Positions 13,040 through 26,890 are shown, numbered from the stretch's first letter. The stretch is DNA of 64,000 nt from Mobula birostris (GCF_030028105.1 NC_092379.1:23987821-24051820); one strand, 5' to 3'. The notes: generated from the sequence alone by a model not told the origin. Program-made: numbers and translations.

Positions 13040-14538
13040 ATTGCAAATTGGCATAGTTCCGGAAGACTGGAAGATTGCAAATGTCATTCCGCTATTTAAG
13101 AAGGGGGCAAGGAAGCAAAAACGAAATTATAGACCTGTTAGCTTGATGTTGGTGGTTGGGAAGTTGTTGGAGTCGATTGTCAAGGATGAGGTTACAGAGT
13201 ACCTGGAGGCATATGACAAGATATGCAGAACTCAGCATGGATTACTTAAAGGAAAATCCTGCCTGAAAAACCTATTACAATTTTTTGAGGAAATTACCAG
13301 TAGGCTAGACCAAGGAGATGCAGTGGATGTTGTATATTTGGATTTTCAGAAGGCATTTGACAAGGTGCCACACATGAGGCTACTTAACAAGATAAGAGCC
13401 CATAGAATTACAGGAAAGTTACATACGTGGATACAGCGTTGGCTGATTGGCAGGAAACAGAGAGTGGGAATGAAGGGATCCTATTCTGGCTGGCTGCCGG
13501 TTACCGGTGGTGTTCCACAGGGATCAGTGTTGGGGCCGCTTCTTTTTACATTGTACATCAACGATTTGGATTATGGAATATATGGCTTTGTGGCTAAGTT
13601 TGCTGACGATACGAAGATAGGTGGAGGGGCCGGTAGTGCTGAGGAAACTGAGAGTCTGCAGAGAGACTTGGATAGATTGGAAGAATGAGCAGAGAAGTGG
13701 CAAATGAAGTATAATGTTGGAAAGTGCATGATTATGCCCTTTGGCAGAAAAAAAAATAAACGAGCAGACTATTATTTAAATGGGGAAAGAATTCAAAGTT
13801 CTGAGATGCAACGGGACGTGGGAGTCCTCGTACAGGATTCCCTTAAAGTTAACCTCCAGGTTGAGTCAGTAGCGAAGAAGGCGAATGCAATGTTGGCATT
13901 AATTTCCAGAGGAATAGAGTATAGGAGCAGGAATGTGATGTTGAGGCTCTTAAGGCGCTGGTGAGACCTCACTTGGAGTACTGTGGGCAGTTTTGGTCTC
14001 CTTATTTAAGAAAGGATGTGCTGACGTTGGAGAGGGTACAGAGAAGATTCACTAGAATGATTCCGGGAATGAGAGAGTTAACATATGAGGAACGTTTGTC
14101 CGCTCTTGGACTGTATTCCTTGGAGTTTAGAAGAATGAGGGGAGACCTCATAGAAGCATTTCGAATGTTAAAAGGCATGGACAGAGTGGATGTGGCAAAG
14201 TTGTTTCCCATGATGGGGGAGTCTAGTACTAGAGGGCATGACTTCAGGATTGAAGGGCGCCCTTTCAGAACAGAAATGCGAAGAAATTTGTTCTAGTCAG
14301 AGGGTGGTGAATCTATGGAATTTGTTGCCACGAGCAGCAGTGGAGGCCAAGTCATTGGGTGTATTTAAGGCAGAGATTGATGGGTATCTGAGTAGCCAGG
14401 GCATCAAAGATTATGGTGTGAAGGCGAGGCAGCGGGACTAAATAGGATAAAATGGATCAGCTCATGATAAAATGGCGGAGCAGACTCGATGGGCCGAATG
14501 GCCTACTTCTGCTCGTTTGTCTTATGGTCTTATGGTCT
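13040..14538 (+). mobile_element. Relatively young CR1 LINE, 5'-truncated RT
   Basis: ORFs 13041-13688 (YLDFQKAFDKVPH, GVPQGSVLGP, FADDTK), 13704-13964 and 13961-14296; (TTATGGTC)n tail. Confidence 0.93.
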
Positions 14539-14939
14539 ATCACAAGCTCTGGATAGACGATGAAATTCTAAATTTGCTGAGGGCCAGATCAGAAGCATTC
14601 AAGTCTGGAAACGAATAATGCAAAAAGCGGTGGACGTATGATGTCCGGAAAGTCATCTCACTGACGAGGTGGGGAACCAGGATTAAACTGGAAACAACGA
14701 GGAATGCTTGACTGCTGTGGCAAGGGCCGAATGCTGTAAACTCGCTCAATGTTAAATCAGGCGATATGGGGGACAGCAGCTCATCGTGTCCAGATGATCT
14801 GAATACCTTCTCAGCAGAACATGGAGGAATCATCGCAAACTTCAATATCTCTTGAAAATTCTTTGATCCCGGTATTTGAAGCTGACGTGCGGTCTACCTC
14901 GGATCCAAGTAAAGCATCTTACCGAACAGGCTACCTCGC

Positions 14940-16400
14940 CCTGCTCAAAGGACATATGCTGACTAAATGTCTGGGTTATTCACTGATATATTTAAACTCT
15001 CCACTCGGCAGTTTGTGGTACTCACCTGCATCAAACAGGTTCAATTATCCAGCGGAACAAGAAGAGCATGGCGATCTACATCTATGGCACTTACATCCAC
15101 GGTGATTAAGTGTTTTGAAAGGCTAGTGATGAAACATATCAGCTTCTGCCTGAGATGCGACTTGGATCCGCTCCAATATGCCGACCGGAACAACAGGTCC
15201 ACAGCATATGCTATATCCTTGGTTCTTACCACAGCCCTGGAACATATGGAGAGCAGACTTCTATACATCAGGATGTTCTTTATTGCCTACACCTCAGCAC
15301 GTTATACCATCATCCTCTCAACACTAAACAATAAGCTTCATGGCCTTGGCCTGAATACTTAGCTTGCAATTGGATTGAGGATTTCCTCATTTGTAGATCC
15401 CAGTCAGTTTTGTTTGGCAACAACATCTCCACGATATCCATCAACGCAGGTGCACCATAGGGCTGTTTGCTTATCCCCGTGCTAACGTTTTAAACCATTG
15501 TTTTGGGCCGCACCAAAGGTGGTGGTGATTCAGCATGCAAGACAGAGATTAAACATTTGGCTGACTGATGTCGTAACAACAACCTGCCACTCAATGTCGG
15601 CAAGACCCAGGAAGTCTTTGTAGACCAGGAGAGGGAAACCAGAGGTCCTTGAACCAGGCCACATCGGAAGAACTGAGGTGGAGAGGGTTAGGAACTTTAA
15701 ATTTCTGGGTGTTACTATTTCAGAGAAACTGTCCTGAACTTAGTAGGTTAATGCAATTACAAAGAAAGCACGGCAGAACCTCTATTTCTTTAGAAGTCTG
15801 TAGAGATTCGACATAACATCAAAAACTTTGACAAAAATCAAAAGATATGTGGTGGAGAGTGTATTGTCTAACCTGGAATGGAACACCAAGCCTTTACCCC
15901 GACAATCCTATATAATGTAATGAATTAGGCCCAGTACATCACAAATAAAGCCCTCACAACCATCGAGCATACCTCCATGAAACGCTGTCGGATGACAGCG
16001 GCATCCATTATCAGAGATCCTCACTAACCCGGCCATGCTACCATCAGGTAGAAGGTACAAAGCTTCAAGACTCGGAACACCATGTTTGAAAATAGTTTCT
16101 ACCCCACAACCATCAGGCTCTTGAACGAAAACGGATAACTACACTCACTTGTCCTTCCATTGAGTTGTTCCCACCACCAATGATATCGCGTTAAGGAATC
16201 TTTATCTTGTTATTTCATCTTCTCTTTACTTAATCCTATTTATTGATAGTAGTTTTTGCACAGTTTGCTGTCTTCTGTAGTATGGCTGATCTTTCAAAGA
16301 TCGTGTTATAGTTAATATTCTGTAGATTTACTGAGTATGCCCGCAGGAACCTGAACCTCAGGGTTGTATGTGGTGGCCGATATGTCCTCTTTGAACTTCT
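14940..16400 (+). mobile_element. Rex1/Babar-like LINE remnant
   Basis: ORF 14967-15362 contains ALTSTVIKCFERLV and LDPLQYA..NRST. Confidence 0.75.
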
Positions 16401-16499
16401 TAAAGCCTCCAGATGCAGTATTCAATGGGGCCACATTTCAGATCCCTAGTCTCAAGGGAAGCCAGATAGACATTTTTTTTTGTTTCACCTAGTTTGAGA

Positions 16500-17521
16500 G
16501 GAGTCACTTTTCAGCGGAATCCATCATACTGCCAGGCCATAAGTTTCTGAGAGCGCAGAGAGAAGCCCTGTCTGTCATCGCTAGGAGAAATTGCTCAGCA
16601 GCAGGTATTCCCACGCCAATGTCTTGATTAGAGAAGGGTAGTGGCTGGAATCCGTTTTGCCATTCAGAAGGAGATACATTAGTGGATGACCAACGGAAGT
16701 TATTATCGGCAGTCTGAGTTGTAAGATGCAAGGCAGTGAAGGATTATCTCCAGTTCCCGATTTGCCTTCTCATTCTGATAGTTAGATAGGGAGTGGAAAT
16801 ATTTCAAAAAGAAAGCCTTCCAAAAGTCGCACTTGACCTTTGGTCGTCGTTAAAGTACTATGTCCCGAAGGAAGATGTGCGCCTGAAAACGAGCTGAACC
16901 ATGCCTATGGCAGACTCACGAGCTGCCAGGAGTTTGGGAAGTGTAATGAAGTTGGCTTTTTTAGAGATCCTGTCCACCGTTACCAGACTGGTATTGTTTC
17001 TATCTGGTGGACGTAAACCCGTGATAAAATCTGTCGTGATGTAACGCAAAGGGCGGTGAGGCACAGAGAGTAGGCTGAACAGACCGGTAGGGCGCTGGCG
17101 TGACGTCTTGTCTGGGCACAGTGTGACAGTCAGAAACGAAGTGATGAACATGATGGGACACAGGCAGCCACCTACCAGGCCTACTCTAGCTAACTTCTCA
17201 CAGCGTCCAATGCAGGTAGCTCCAGTCTCCAAGCCACTAATAGGATTCACCTGCTGCTTGTTGCAGATTCATCACCTTCAGCCAAAGTAACATCAGTCCT
17301 CTTCCACAAACCTTGTTCTCTGATCGAACCAGCCGGCTTGAACCAATTGCCCTAGCTTTACCTTTCCCTTTGTAAAGTTTACCTTCTTGCCTGTTTTGTT
17401 TAGTTTTTGTTCTCTTATTTTGTGGCCCCTCTTGGTTTGCTATTTCCCCTTTTATTATTAAAGTTTACGATTATTGCTAAACCATTTCCGCTGTTCTGCT
17501 TTTTGGTAAGAGCTCCTTTAC
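16500..17521 (-). mobile_element. Gypsy LTR-retrotransposon remnant (integrase fragment plus LTR piece)
   Basis: ORF 16858-17250 contains ITTDFITGL...VTVDRISKKANFITLPKL (rve integrase core). The LTR-like segment at about 17290-17521 ends in TTACA. Confidence 0.8.
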
Positions 17522-18329
17522 ATTTCCTGAAGGATCTGTAAAACATCGATTGACGCAGTATAATATGCTCACCTGACGGAATTCCTGTACCCACATGAGC
17601 ACACGACCCAGAAGCAGCGAGAAAGCACTGTCCATCTGTCTGCCTCTCTCACCCTACTCTCCGCCTCAGTGCAGCAACTCTGCGCCAGTCAACTTTTTCC
17701 ATCTGAGCTCCGGATTCCCGTGTCTGAACGCTTCGATGGATCTCCAACCTAATGCAGCAACTTCCAGCACAAGTGCTTCTTTAGACTTCGATCTCCTCCG
17801 GTATTCGAGCACCTGCCGTCTCTGCATTGCACAGTCGCTTTCATCATTTACCTCCGACTGGGCTAGCTCTGATATTGGCCTCCGCTAAATGGCAGAACAA
17901 AGCCACCATTTGTGATCGAGTGACGGAACGTCTACCCGCGATATGCCCACCGATCCCTCAAGCTTCATTACTCTTGCTCTCTGAATTTTCAAGCGTCTTA
18001 TGCAAAACGCGCCAGATCAGTTCATTACGGACTGCGATATTATGTCGGAACCCTGTGCTCAGCCCACGCTGGAATACAGTGATGCGAGATGCCTTGTGTC
18101 ACCCCGTCTTAGCTGCAAGAATGCAAAACGTCACTGCGTTGTCTCTCACTATTCCTCCCTCTTGGCTCAGGTCCAGGAGTTGGCGGCAGTCTCCACCGTA
18201 CGGGGAGGTCAAGCAGTCTCCTGAACTTGAATTACCGTAAAAACTGGGCTGTAGGAGATCTTCGTTTTCGTAGGACGTTTGACAGGTTGATTTGGAATCT
18301 TACTAAGAGATTCAACATGTAAACCAGTC

Positions 18330-19380
18330 CTTAAGACCATAAGCCCATAAGACACAGGAGCAGAATTAGGCCATGTGCCCAATCGAGTCTGCTACGCTAT
18401 TCAATTATGGCTCATCCTATTTTTAAAATCCCTTCCTCAGCCCCAGTTCCCGGCCCTCACCCAGTTACCTTTCTTTGCCATGTTCAATCAAGAACCTATT
18501 AATCTCTGTCTTAAGACCTGGCCTCCACAGCTGCAGGTGGCCACAAATTTCACATATTCAGCACCCTTTGGCTAAATAAATTTCACTGCATCTGTGTTTT
18601 GAAAAGACGCTGCCCTATCCTGAGGCTATGCACTCTTTTCCTAGACTCTCCCACGATGGGAAACATGCTTTCCATATATAAACTCTCTAGGGCTTTCAAG
18701 AACCGAAAGATGTCAATGAGATTCCCCACTTATTCTTCTGAATTCCAGTCAGTAAAAACCTAGAGCCATCGAACGTTCCACGTTTGATTACCTGTTCATT
18801 CCTGGAATCATCCTTGTGAACCTCCTCTGGACCCTCTCCAATGCCAGCACATCTTTTCTAAGATGATGGGCCAAAACTGTACTCAACACTCACAGTGAGT
18901 TTTCACCAATGTCTTATAAAGCCTCAGCATCACATCCTTGCTCTTGTACTCTACATGTCTTGACATGAATGTTCACATGCCACTTGCCTTCCTCACGACC
19001 GACTCGATCTGCAAGTTAACCTTTAGGGTGTTCTGCACAAGAACGCCGAAGACCGTCTGCATCTCAGATTCCTGGATTTTCTCCCCTTTTATAAAATAGT
19101 CCGCATATTTATTTCTACTACCAAAGTGCATAACTGTGCACTTTCCAACACTGCATTTCATTTGCCACGTTTTTGGCCATTGTCCTAATCTGTCCCAGTC
19201 CTTCCGTATGCTACCTGTTTCTTCAACACTACCTGCCCCTCCGCCAATCTTCGTATCATCTGCAAACTTGACACCAAAACCATCTATCCCATCATCTACA
19301 TCATTTACCTAAAGCATAAAAGTATGTGATCCCAATACTGACCTCTGCGGAACACTACTAGTCACTGGCAGCCAACCAGT
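18330..19380 (-). mobile_element. Degraded CR1 LINE
   Basis: ORF 18973-19161 (KCSVGKCTVMHFG); CR1 tail AAGACCATAAG near 18335. Confidence 0.8.
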
Positions 19381-21019
19381 CGACGTGCAGTATCATTGAA
19401 CAGACATGGCTGGTCACATTGGAAAGTCAGCTTTCACTGGCTAACAAAGCTTCTGCAGCCTTTGTGATCACCGAAAAATCTGCCTGGTGGAGGAATGTTC
19501 GGTTTAGTTCTGGAACAGCAATGACATGGGGGCATAATTGCCTGAGAATGATGAGACTGTAGTAAAGGAGGGGTTGGGGTGCCGGTGCTGCAAGTGGTAC
19601 ATCGTTCTTGAGAGCTGCTGGACAACGGCACTGAGAGCTAACTTACAAGGGGGCGGAGTGGTGGGGGGTGAGGAGGGCGGCTTGCTGAGCTGAGATTTTT
19701 TAACTTCATTTCCACAGGACCAAGAAATTTCAGGGCCGAATTCATCTGTTCTCTCAGCGCTTGGTCCATTTTGAGTTCAGTCTTGCTGAAAGTTATTCAA
19801 TGATGGCTCAAGTGCCGAGGGAGAGACACAGACATACAATGAAAAATATCCTGAGTATTGTTTAGGGAAATAATAAATTAACTAGGTCAATATGTTCGGT
19901 AACTAAAATCTCTCAAACTAACGAAAATCTAAGGACGTCGCTGCGGCTCGAAAGCAGACAGCTAGCGTTAAATTAATGCCGCTAATTTAGCAGTGCCTAT
20001 CTAAATCACTAACCCTCTTTCCCGAAACATGGACGAAGGAAAGCAGAGAGTGTTGTCGTCTCTGCGCTTCGATCAACACCTGACAAGACGTCAACAAAAG
20101 GAAGGGAGTTAAATACAATTGCAAATAAATTGCAATTGGCTTAATGTCTGCACTCTCATGTGCTGATTTCTCTCAGCTCCCCAACTGCGAGGGAAACTTG
20201 GATGGGGCAAAACATAGATCTCTGTTAGGGCGAGGTTAACTGTAATAATTGCTGTTTTCTTTCTCAGTAAAATAATATGCTGGGAATCTCCTTCTCGTCT
20301 GCAGTTCGCAATTTTCTTGCGTTCCTTTATGTTTCCTGTCCTGTCGCAATTTTTCCTTTGCACGTGTGCACCTACCGAACTGCTTTCACTGATCTATCAA
20401 CCGGGTGATGTAACTTATATATGCTCTCCGTGCGAAGTTATGTCTCACTCCATCATAGAAGGATGTTCGGTGACCTGCTCAGCTCTTCCCACTCTCCCTG
20501 AAACTTAAAATTACGTTCTTTCTGACCTTCTCCGTCGTAGCAACGTTACACCGTAAATAAACTTAATCTCCTGTTCCACTCTTCTGTTGTGATGTGCTTA
20601 GTATTTTCTGTATTTGTTTTTTTACCATTGCTAAAGGTCACTACTCCGTTCTATGTCACCAATCTCACCCGTAGACTGAAAATTAACAAAGGGCTGTAAG
20701 TCGCATGTTCGACAGCAGTCTCTTGGAATGGAATCTACTGGTAGGTACCACACGAAAGCAGGCGCTTATGCACATCGAGTCTGCACCAACTATCACTAAC
20801 CATTAACTGTCATCTTATAATAATTCCAGGTGTTGTTTCCCCCGAAATCCTGTCCAGCATCGCATTGTAGATCGTAGCACTCACTCACAAACTAGGGTCA
20901 ACTGACAGTGGCCACTTAATTTATCGACCCGCTCATGTTTATGATATGTGAAAAAACAAGACCAACCCCCTGGAGGAAACTCACGTGGTTACAAATAGAT
21001 CTGGAAAAAAAGGCAAATA

Positions 21020-21255
21020 GAGAACACCTGAGGACAGATGTTGACTAGGTATCTGGATCTGTGACGTAGCGGCTCTACCAGGTGAGTCACTATGCCCCAG
21101 GCAATATTCTGAAACACCTGCCATGAGAAAAAGATTACCAGACCGTGAAAGCCAGCAGACACCACAGAAAAATACAGCTTCCAATCAGGCTCTTACGACA
21201 CCGCCCCCCCCCCCGCAACTCCCACAATAGCTGTGCCGACCATGATGCAAATTTA
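21020..21255. promoter_or_regulatory. Candidate lymphoid enhancer-like motif cluster
   Basis: E-boxes CACCTG 21025, CAGATG 21035, CAGGTG 21079 and CACCTG 21115; CRE half-site TGACGT 21062; AP-1 TGAGTCA 21083; Runx ACCACA 21161; octamer ATGCAAAT 21245. Confidence 0.3.
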
Positions 21256-21462
21256 AACTATACATCTGCTTTCAAGTAGTCTGTGTTCTTCATTTCTCTT
21301 CCTATTTACCTGGATGCATGATAAAAGTCCACTTCTAGAATTACAGCATCCCTACTGACACCCAAGAACATCCATCCGATGTCCTCTAAGAGTGCAGAAA
21401 GGTTATTCGTGCCGGTACTGAGTCCATACATGGGTCCATGGAGAAACTCTGCGTTAGTTACT

Positions 21463-22460
21463 ACCACCTACCACCCCACCAGCCTCCGGGTCCAACATAT
21501 TATTCTCTGTAACTTCCGCCACCTCCAACGGGATCCCACCACTAAGCACATCTTTCCCTCCACCCCTCTCTCTGCATTCCACAGGGATCGCTCCCTACGC
21601 AACTCCCTTGCCCATTCGTCCCCACCATCCCTCCCTACTGATCTCCCTCCTGGCACTTATCCGTGTAATCGGAACAAGTGCTACACATGCTCTTACACTT
21701 CCTCTCTTACCACCATTCAGGGCCCCAAACAGTCCTTCCAGGTGAGGCAACACTTCACCTATGAGTCGACTGGGGTGATATACTGCGTCCGGTGCTCCCG
21801 ATGTGGCCTTTTATATATTGACGAGACCCGACGCAGACTGGGAGACCGCTTTGCTGAACACCTACGCTCTGTCCGCCAGAGAAAGCAGGATCTCCCAGTG
21901 GTCACACATTTTAATTCCAAATCCTATTCCCATTCTGACATTTCCATCCACGGCCTCCTCTACTGTAAAGATAAAGCCGCATTCAGGTTGGAGGAACAAC
22001 ACCTTATATTCCATCTGGGTAGCCTCCAACCTGATGGCCTGAACATCGACTTCTCTAACTTCCGCTAAGGCCCCACCTCCCCCTCGTACCCCATCTGTTG
22101 CTTATTTTTATGCACACATTCTTTCTCTCACTCTCCTTTTTCTCCCTCTGTCCCTCTGAATATACCTCTTGCCCATCCTCTGGATTCCCCCCCCCCTTGT
22201 CTTTCTTCCCGGACCTCCTGTCCCATGATCCTCTCGTATCCCCTTTTGCCTATCACCTGTCCAGCTCTTGGCTCTATTCCTCCCCCTCCTGTCTTCTCCT
22301 ATCATTTTGGATCTCCACCTCCCCCTCCAACTTTCAAATCCCTTACTCACTCTTCCTTCAATTAGTCCTGACGAAGGGTCTCGGCCTGAAACGTCGACTG
22401 CACCTCTTCCTACAGATGCTGCCTGGCCTGCTGCGTTCACCAGCAACTTTGATGTGTGTT
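21463..22460 (+). mobile_element. Penelope-like element, 5'-truncated
   Basis: GIY-YIG ORF within 21379-22068; TSD GCGTTAGTTACT at 21451-21462 and 22461-22472. Confidence 0.92.
22364..22399 (+). ncRNA. Minimal type I hammerhead ribozyme (intact core)
   Basis: AGTC-CTGACGA(22368-22374)-AGGGTCTCGGCCT-GAAA(22388-22391)-CGTC-GACT. Confidence 0.8.
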
Positions 22461-23451
22461 GCGTTAGTTACTTGTTAGGGACCGCTATCTCTCTAGTGGA
22501 AATGATTGCGGTTCCCACACAGTCATCATCATTCCAAACAGAACCTATAACACCACTGTGTAGCAAAATGCCTTCGATACCCAATAGATGACTAAGAGAA
22601 AGGTCTAAAATTATAGACAACACACACATAAATTATCTGTCCTTTAAAGACAAATTGACAGACCATTTCAAATAGTTATTCTTAAAGTTCACACATTTCC
22701 CGATATATACTGGTGATATTAAACACAATCCTGATTCTGATTCTGAATAGAGTGCAGACTGAATTAGATTAGGGAATTTCCATATATAACAGAACGCAAT
22801 GAACTTCCGTCTTCATATAACGCTCATAGCGTAAACAATCCGCATGTTAATAATAAATCTTAACAGCAATAATAAATACTAACAACAACTAATTGCGCAA
22901 AATAGAATGGTGCAACGATTATAGTGCAACAACGACGTTGGGCAAAGATTGTAAGAGTAAAATATAACAAGGGAACCCATGTGATATAGATCTGAGCCAG
23001 TATTAAATTCCCCACTATTTTCTTGCCCTTGAGAAGGTGGTGGCAAGCTTCTTTCCTGAATCGTTGCATTCCTTGTCACGAGATGATATGCATAATGCTG
23101 ATATCGAGAGAGTACCAGACATGAACAACATTTTACCAAGTCAGTAATTTGTAATGCGAGGATGTGGCTCAATTCCAAATGTTAGTGGTTCTCTTTGCTT
23201 TTCCTGACCTTGTCCTTCTACCTGGGGGAGCTGTTGGGTTTACATGGTGCTGTCTAACGACACCTGGTGAGTTGCTGCAGTCCATTTTGTAGACGTATCA
23301 AACGGATGATGTATGCCATTGGTGACTGAGTCAACAGGAGGAAATCTATGGTGGGCGATGGTTAACATTTGGGGAGAGGGTGTGGGTTTAGAGTGATAGG
23401 ATAGTAACTGTACGCCCCTTTTGGTCCCCCTGACAATTTCCTGTGCATAGA

Positions 23452-23489
23452 GGTTTTTCACCAGCTTTGCCGACTATTGTTTGACCATG
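23452..23489 (-). promoter_or_regulatory. Degenerate recombination signal sequence of V1
   Basis: CATGGTC - 22 nt - TGAAAAACC directly after the YYCAAS codons. Confidence 0.55.
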
Positions 23490-23780
23490 CTTGCTGCGCA
23501 GTAATACTCAACACCGTCCTCTACTCCGATGGGATTTATTTGCATGCAAACGTAATTTCCATATGCGCTAGTGTTCTGTCGGTTCTGAAGTACAGGAGCA
23601 TAGTTTGTATGAGAAGAATCGTAGTATTTCACCATCCATTCCAGACCTTTTCCTGGAAGGTGCCGATGCCAGCGCACCACTTATTCATCAATGGTCCCTC
23701 CCGTTATTTCACAGGAGAGGAGCGGAGTACCTCCGAACTCTGAAGAAGCAGAATAGGGCTGTGTCATCATGTGGTCAGAT
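23490..23780 (-). pseudogene. Divergent Ig heavy-like V segment pseudogene (possible TAILV-type)
   Basis: SDHMMTQPYSASSEFGGTPLLSCEITGGTIDE*VVRWHRHLPGKGLEWMVKYYDSSHTNYAP...EDGVEYYCAAS. The conserved Cys, Trp and YYC are present, with an in-frame TAA at 23681-23683. A leader-like remnant lies at about 23909-23950. Confidence 0.85.
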
Positions 23781-24269
23781 CTAATGGTAAGTCGTGATAG
23801 CATCTGATTAAACAAATTCATCGAGCAGTATTCTTTACACATGCAACTTTTTATAAGTCTGAACTCACAGCTCAACTCTATGAATTCCTCCTGAACACTT
23901 TACCTCATACCTTTGACAATATTGCTATGATAAAACAGATTATGCATCATATAAATCTCTCATTATCAGGTATACTTAAATTCACACGTAGTTTTGTTTA
24001 CACCAATAAAACCCCACGTTGTCACTAACGTAGTCTGATCCAAATACAGTCCTGATGCACGTCCTCTTCACTTTTTTCCAAGTATATTCTGATAATAAAG
24101 AGTAGGATTCATAAAAAAAGATGATAGCACTGACTCGGTGGGCACGACCTCGAGGGTAGTAACCTCTGGATTACTTCTACTGTTACTGGATCTGGCGGGG
24201 GGGGGGGGTGCGGTATGGGTTTATGATAGATAAATGCATGTCTGAAAAAGGAAACACAAATATTTTGAT

Positions 24270-25390
24270 CTATCTGGACTCCTTCTGAAGGGTGGGGGTA
24301 GGAGTGTTGAGGGGGAAGTCAATATCCAAATAGACAAATTTTCTCGCGCTATTTTTAACCTAGACTTTACACGTGATCGCATCGTACCAGAGAGGGAAAT
24401 ATAAAGTTGGATATGCTGTAGAATTTAGTGACAGGTTAAATCGGCACGTATAGCAGAAGAAAGATAGGGAACGAGGAACGTTTATTGTAATGGATTGTAT
24501 TTAGTTCAATACAAGTGGCGTGGTAAGTAAGACGGAAGATCTTGGGTGTTGTATAGTTATATACGATTGAAAATTTTATAGCCATGAAGGAAATACGGCT
24601 AAAGGAGGGATATGAAGGTCAACTAGATGATCGACGATACAAAGGCTTTAGGCAGGAGGAGAAAAAAAAGAGAGCGGTATGTTGAATTTTGATTAATAGA
24701 GATGGCCCAGTAATGGAAAGCTATTGAATTACTGATCGATTATCCAGTGAGCCTTTTTGAGTGGTTCTGAGAAATAAGAATGGAGGAATCGCATTATGGA
24801 CTTGGACTCTAGGCCGCCAAATGGTTAATGAGAATTAGAAGAGCAAATATACGGGGGACTGTGAAAAATTATAAGAATAATATGTTATCAAATTCGAGGT
24901 TTCAAACCTCGATGTCACAGGCTATGTCTGCCAAACTGTTAAGTTCTTTTTAAATGGGATATACTTTGCTAAGTACGTTGAGGACATTTTTTTTTTTTAC
25001 TCGGGGAAAACAGAATACCTTACGAGGAAGAGGACAAAGGTTGACTTTCTCTTAGGTAGTAGTGCCGGAGAGGTGACTGATGTCTCAGTGCGGGAGCACT
25101 TTAGGACCGGTGACCATAGGTCGATGAGCTTTCAAATAACTATGTAACGAGATAGAATCGGTCTACATTTTCAAGTTTTAAATTGGACTAAGGCGAATTT
25201 TGAAGCCGCGAGAATGTTGCTTGCAAGGATTGATATGAGTAGTGATTGGAGTAGTTTGACTGCGTGTAAAATGACCACAGGCAAATTAGGAAGCAATCAA
25301 AGAGAGATAGTGAGAGATCAATGTCTCAAGTTCCTAGTGCGATAATGGTAGGAGGACGGTACCCGAAAGGATGAGGGATATTGATGTCCT
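24270..25390 (+). mobile_element. Highly degraded CR1 fragments
   Basis: Nucleotide resemblance to CR1 3' and endonuclease-linker regions seen elsewhere in the window. Confidence 0.5.
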
Positions 25391-26497
25391 CGCGTGGCAA
25401 AAGAAAGAACCATCGGTCAGGAAGAGGCAGCTGCCTTCGGACGAATAGCTGGAACAATATATGGGACGCCGGGATGTAGTGAAGTTGCAATCAAACCTCC
25501 AAAAATAAGACAAGAGGCGGAGCTAAATAGTTATGTCGCCAAGGGCGACTCCATTGCTTGCATCTTCGAAAACAGTTCTATTTCTATTTTTGCCTTTCAG
25601 GTCTCTTTCGAAGACCCTGACCTCGAGTTACACGCTGACTACGGTTCTTTGCGGAAACGGGACCCGCTCTTTGGTTCCACAATCGACTGCTATTCGGCAG
25701 ACCAAAGACTTGGCCTAAGATTTTGGCGAATACTCAGAAGCCGGGATCCTTAGGAACTCAGACGGGAGAGCAAGAGTTGGTGTCGCCACAGGAGACCAAT
25801 GTGTCGTTGAGTGAGTCGGAACATCTGCTGTGTGCCTGGGGACCAGGAATCTTTGCGATCTTCAGGCACAGAGCTCGAAAAAACCGACGTAACATGCGTT
25901 TAACATTGTTAACCAGCGAGTTGTTTCTTATGTCTCCACGCTCGTTTGAAAATGGAGTCACATCTTTCTCCCTTACAAGGAGAGAGAGAACCTGCAGCAT
26001 GTCGAATTATCCGGTAAGTAATGTGGTCTTTCGGGTAACTGCAAGTATGTGTCTTTGCTATTGCTTTGCTCACGCATGAGTGCTGGTAGCGGGTGTGCTT
26101 TATTTTTGCCGGTGGGGCAAGGGGGATTGTTGGCCGCTGCACTTACGCGCGGGAGGGAGGGGTGCTGGGGTGGGGGAGACTTTGGGCTTCTAATATTTAA
26201 CTGTCCTTCATTCTTGGGGCAACTCCACTGCTTTTGTGGATGGTTGCGAAGAAAAAGCATTTCAGGATGGATATTGTATACATTTCTCTGGCATTAAATT
26301 GTACCTTTGAATCTTTGTGGCGAGCGCCTTAGGAGAGGAGCTTAAGGAATCTCAAAACAAATTTACGTCTATTAAAGGCAAACATCGTAACAACAGGGAG
26401 AGCAGGGCTCCTCGGAGACCAAAGGAGGCATAATAATATCGAGCTGCAGTAAATATACAAAGCCGTTAATAAATACTTATTTTCTGATTTACCGCAT

Positions 26498-26890
26498 AGA
26501 AACATAGAAACATAGAAAATAGGTACAGGAGTAGGCCATTCGGCCCTTCGAGCCTGCACTGCCATTCAGTATGATCATGGCTGATCATCCAACTTAGAAC
26601 CTCTGTACCAGCCTTCCCTCCATACCCCCTGATTCCTTTAGCCACAAGGGCCATATCTATCTCCCTCTTAAGTATAGCCAATAAACTGGCCTCAACTGTT
26701 TCCTGTGGCAGAGAATTCCACAGACTCATCCATCTCTGTGTGAAGAAGTTTTTCCTAATCTCGGTCCTAAAAAGGCTTCCCCTTTATCCTCAAACTGTGA
26801 CCCCTCGTTCCAACATCGGGAACAATCTTCCTGCATCTAGCCTGTCCAATCCCTCTACGATTTTGTACATTTCAATAAGATCCCCCCTCA
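26498..26890 (-). mobile_element. CR1 3' end
   Basis: (CATAGAAA)n tail at 26498-26518; sequence near-identical to 11690-11985. Confidence 0.85.
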
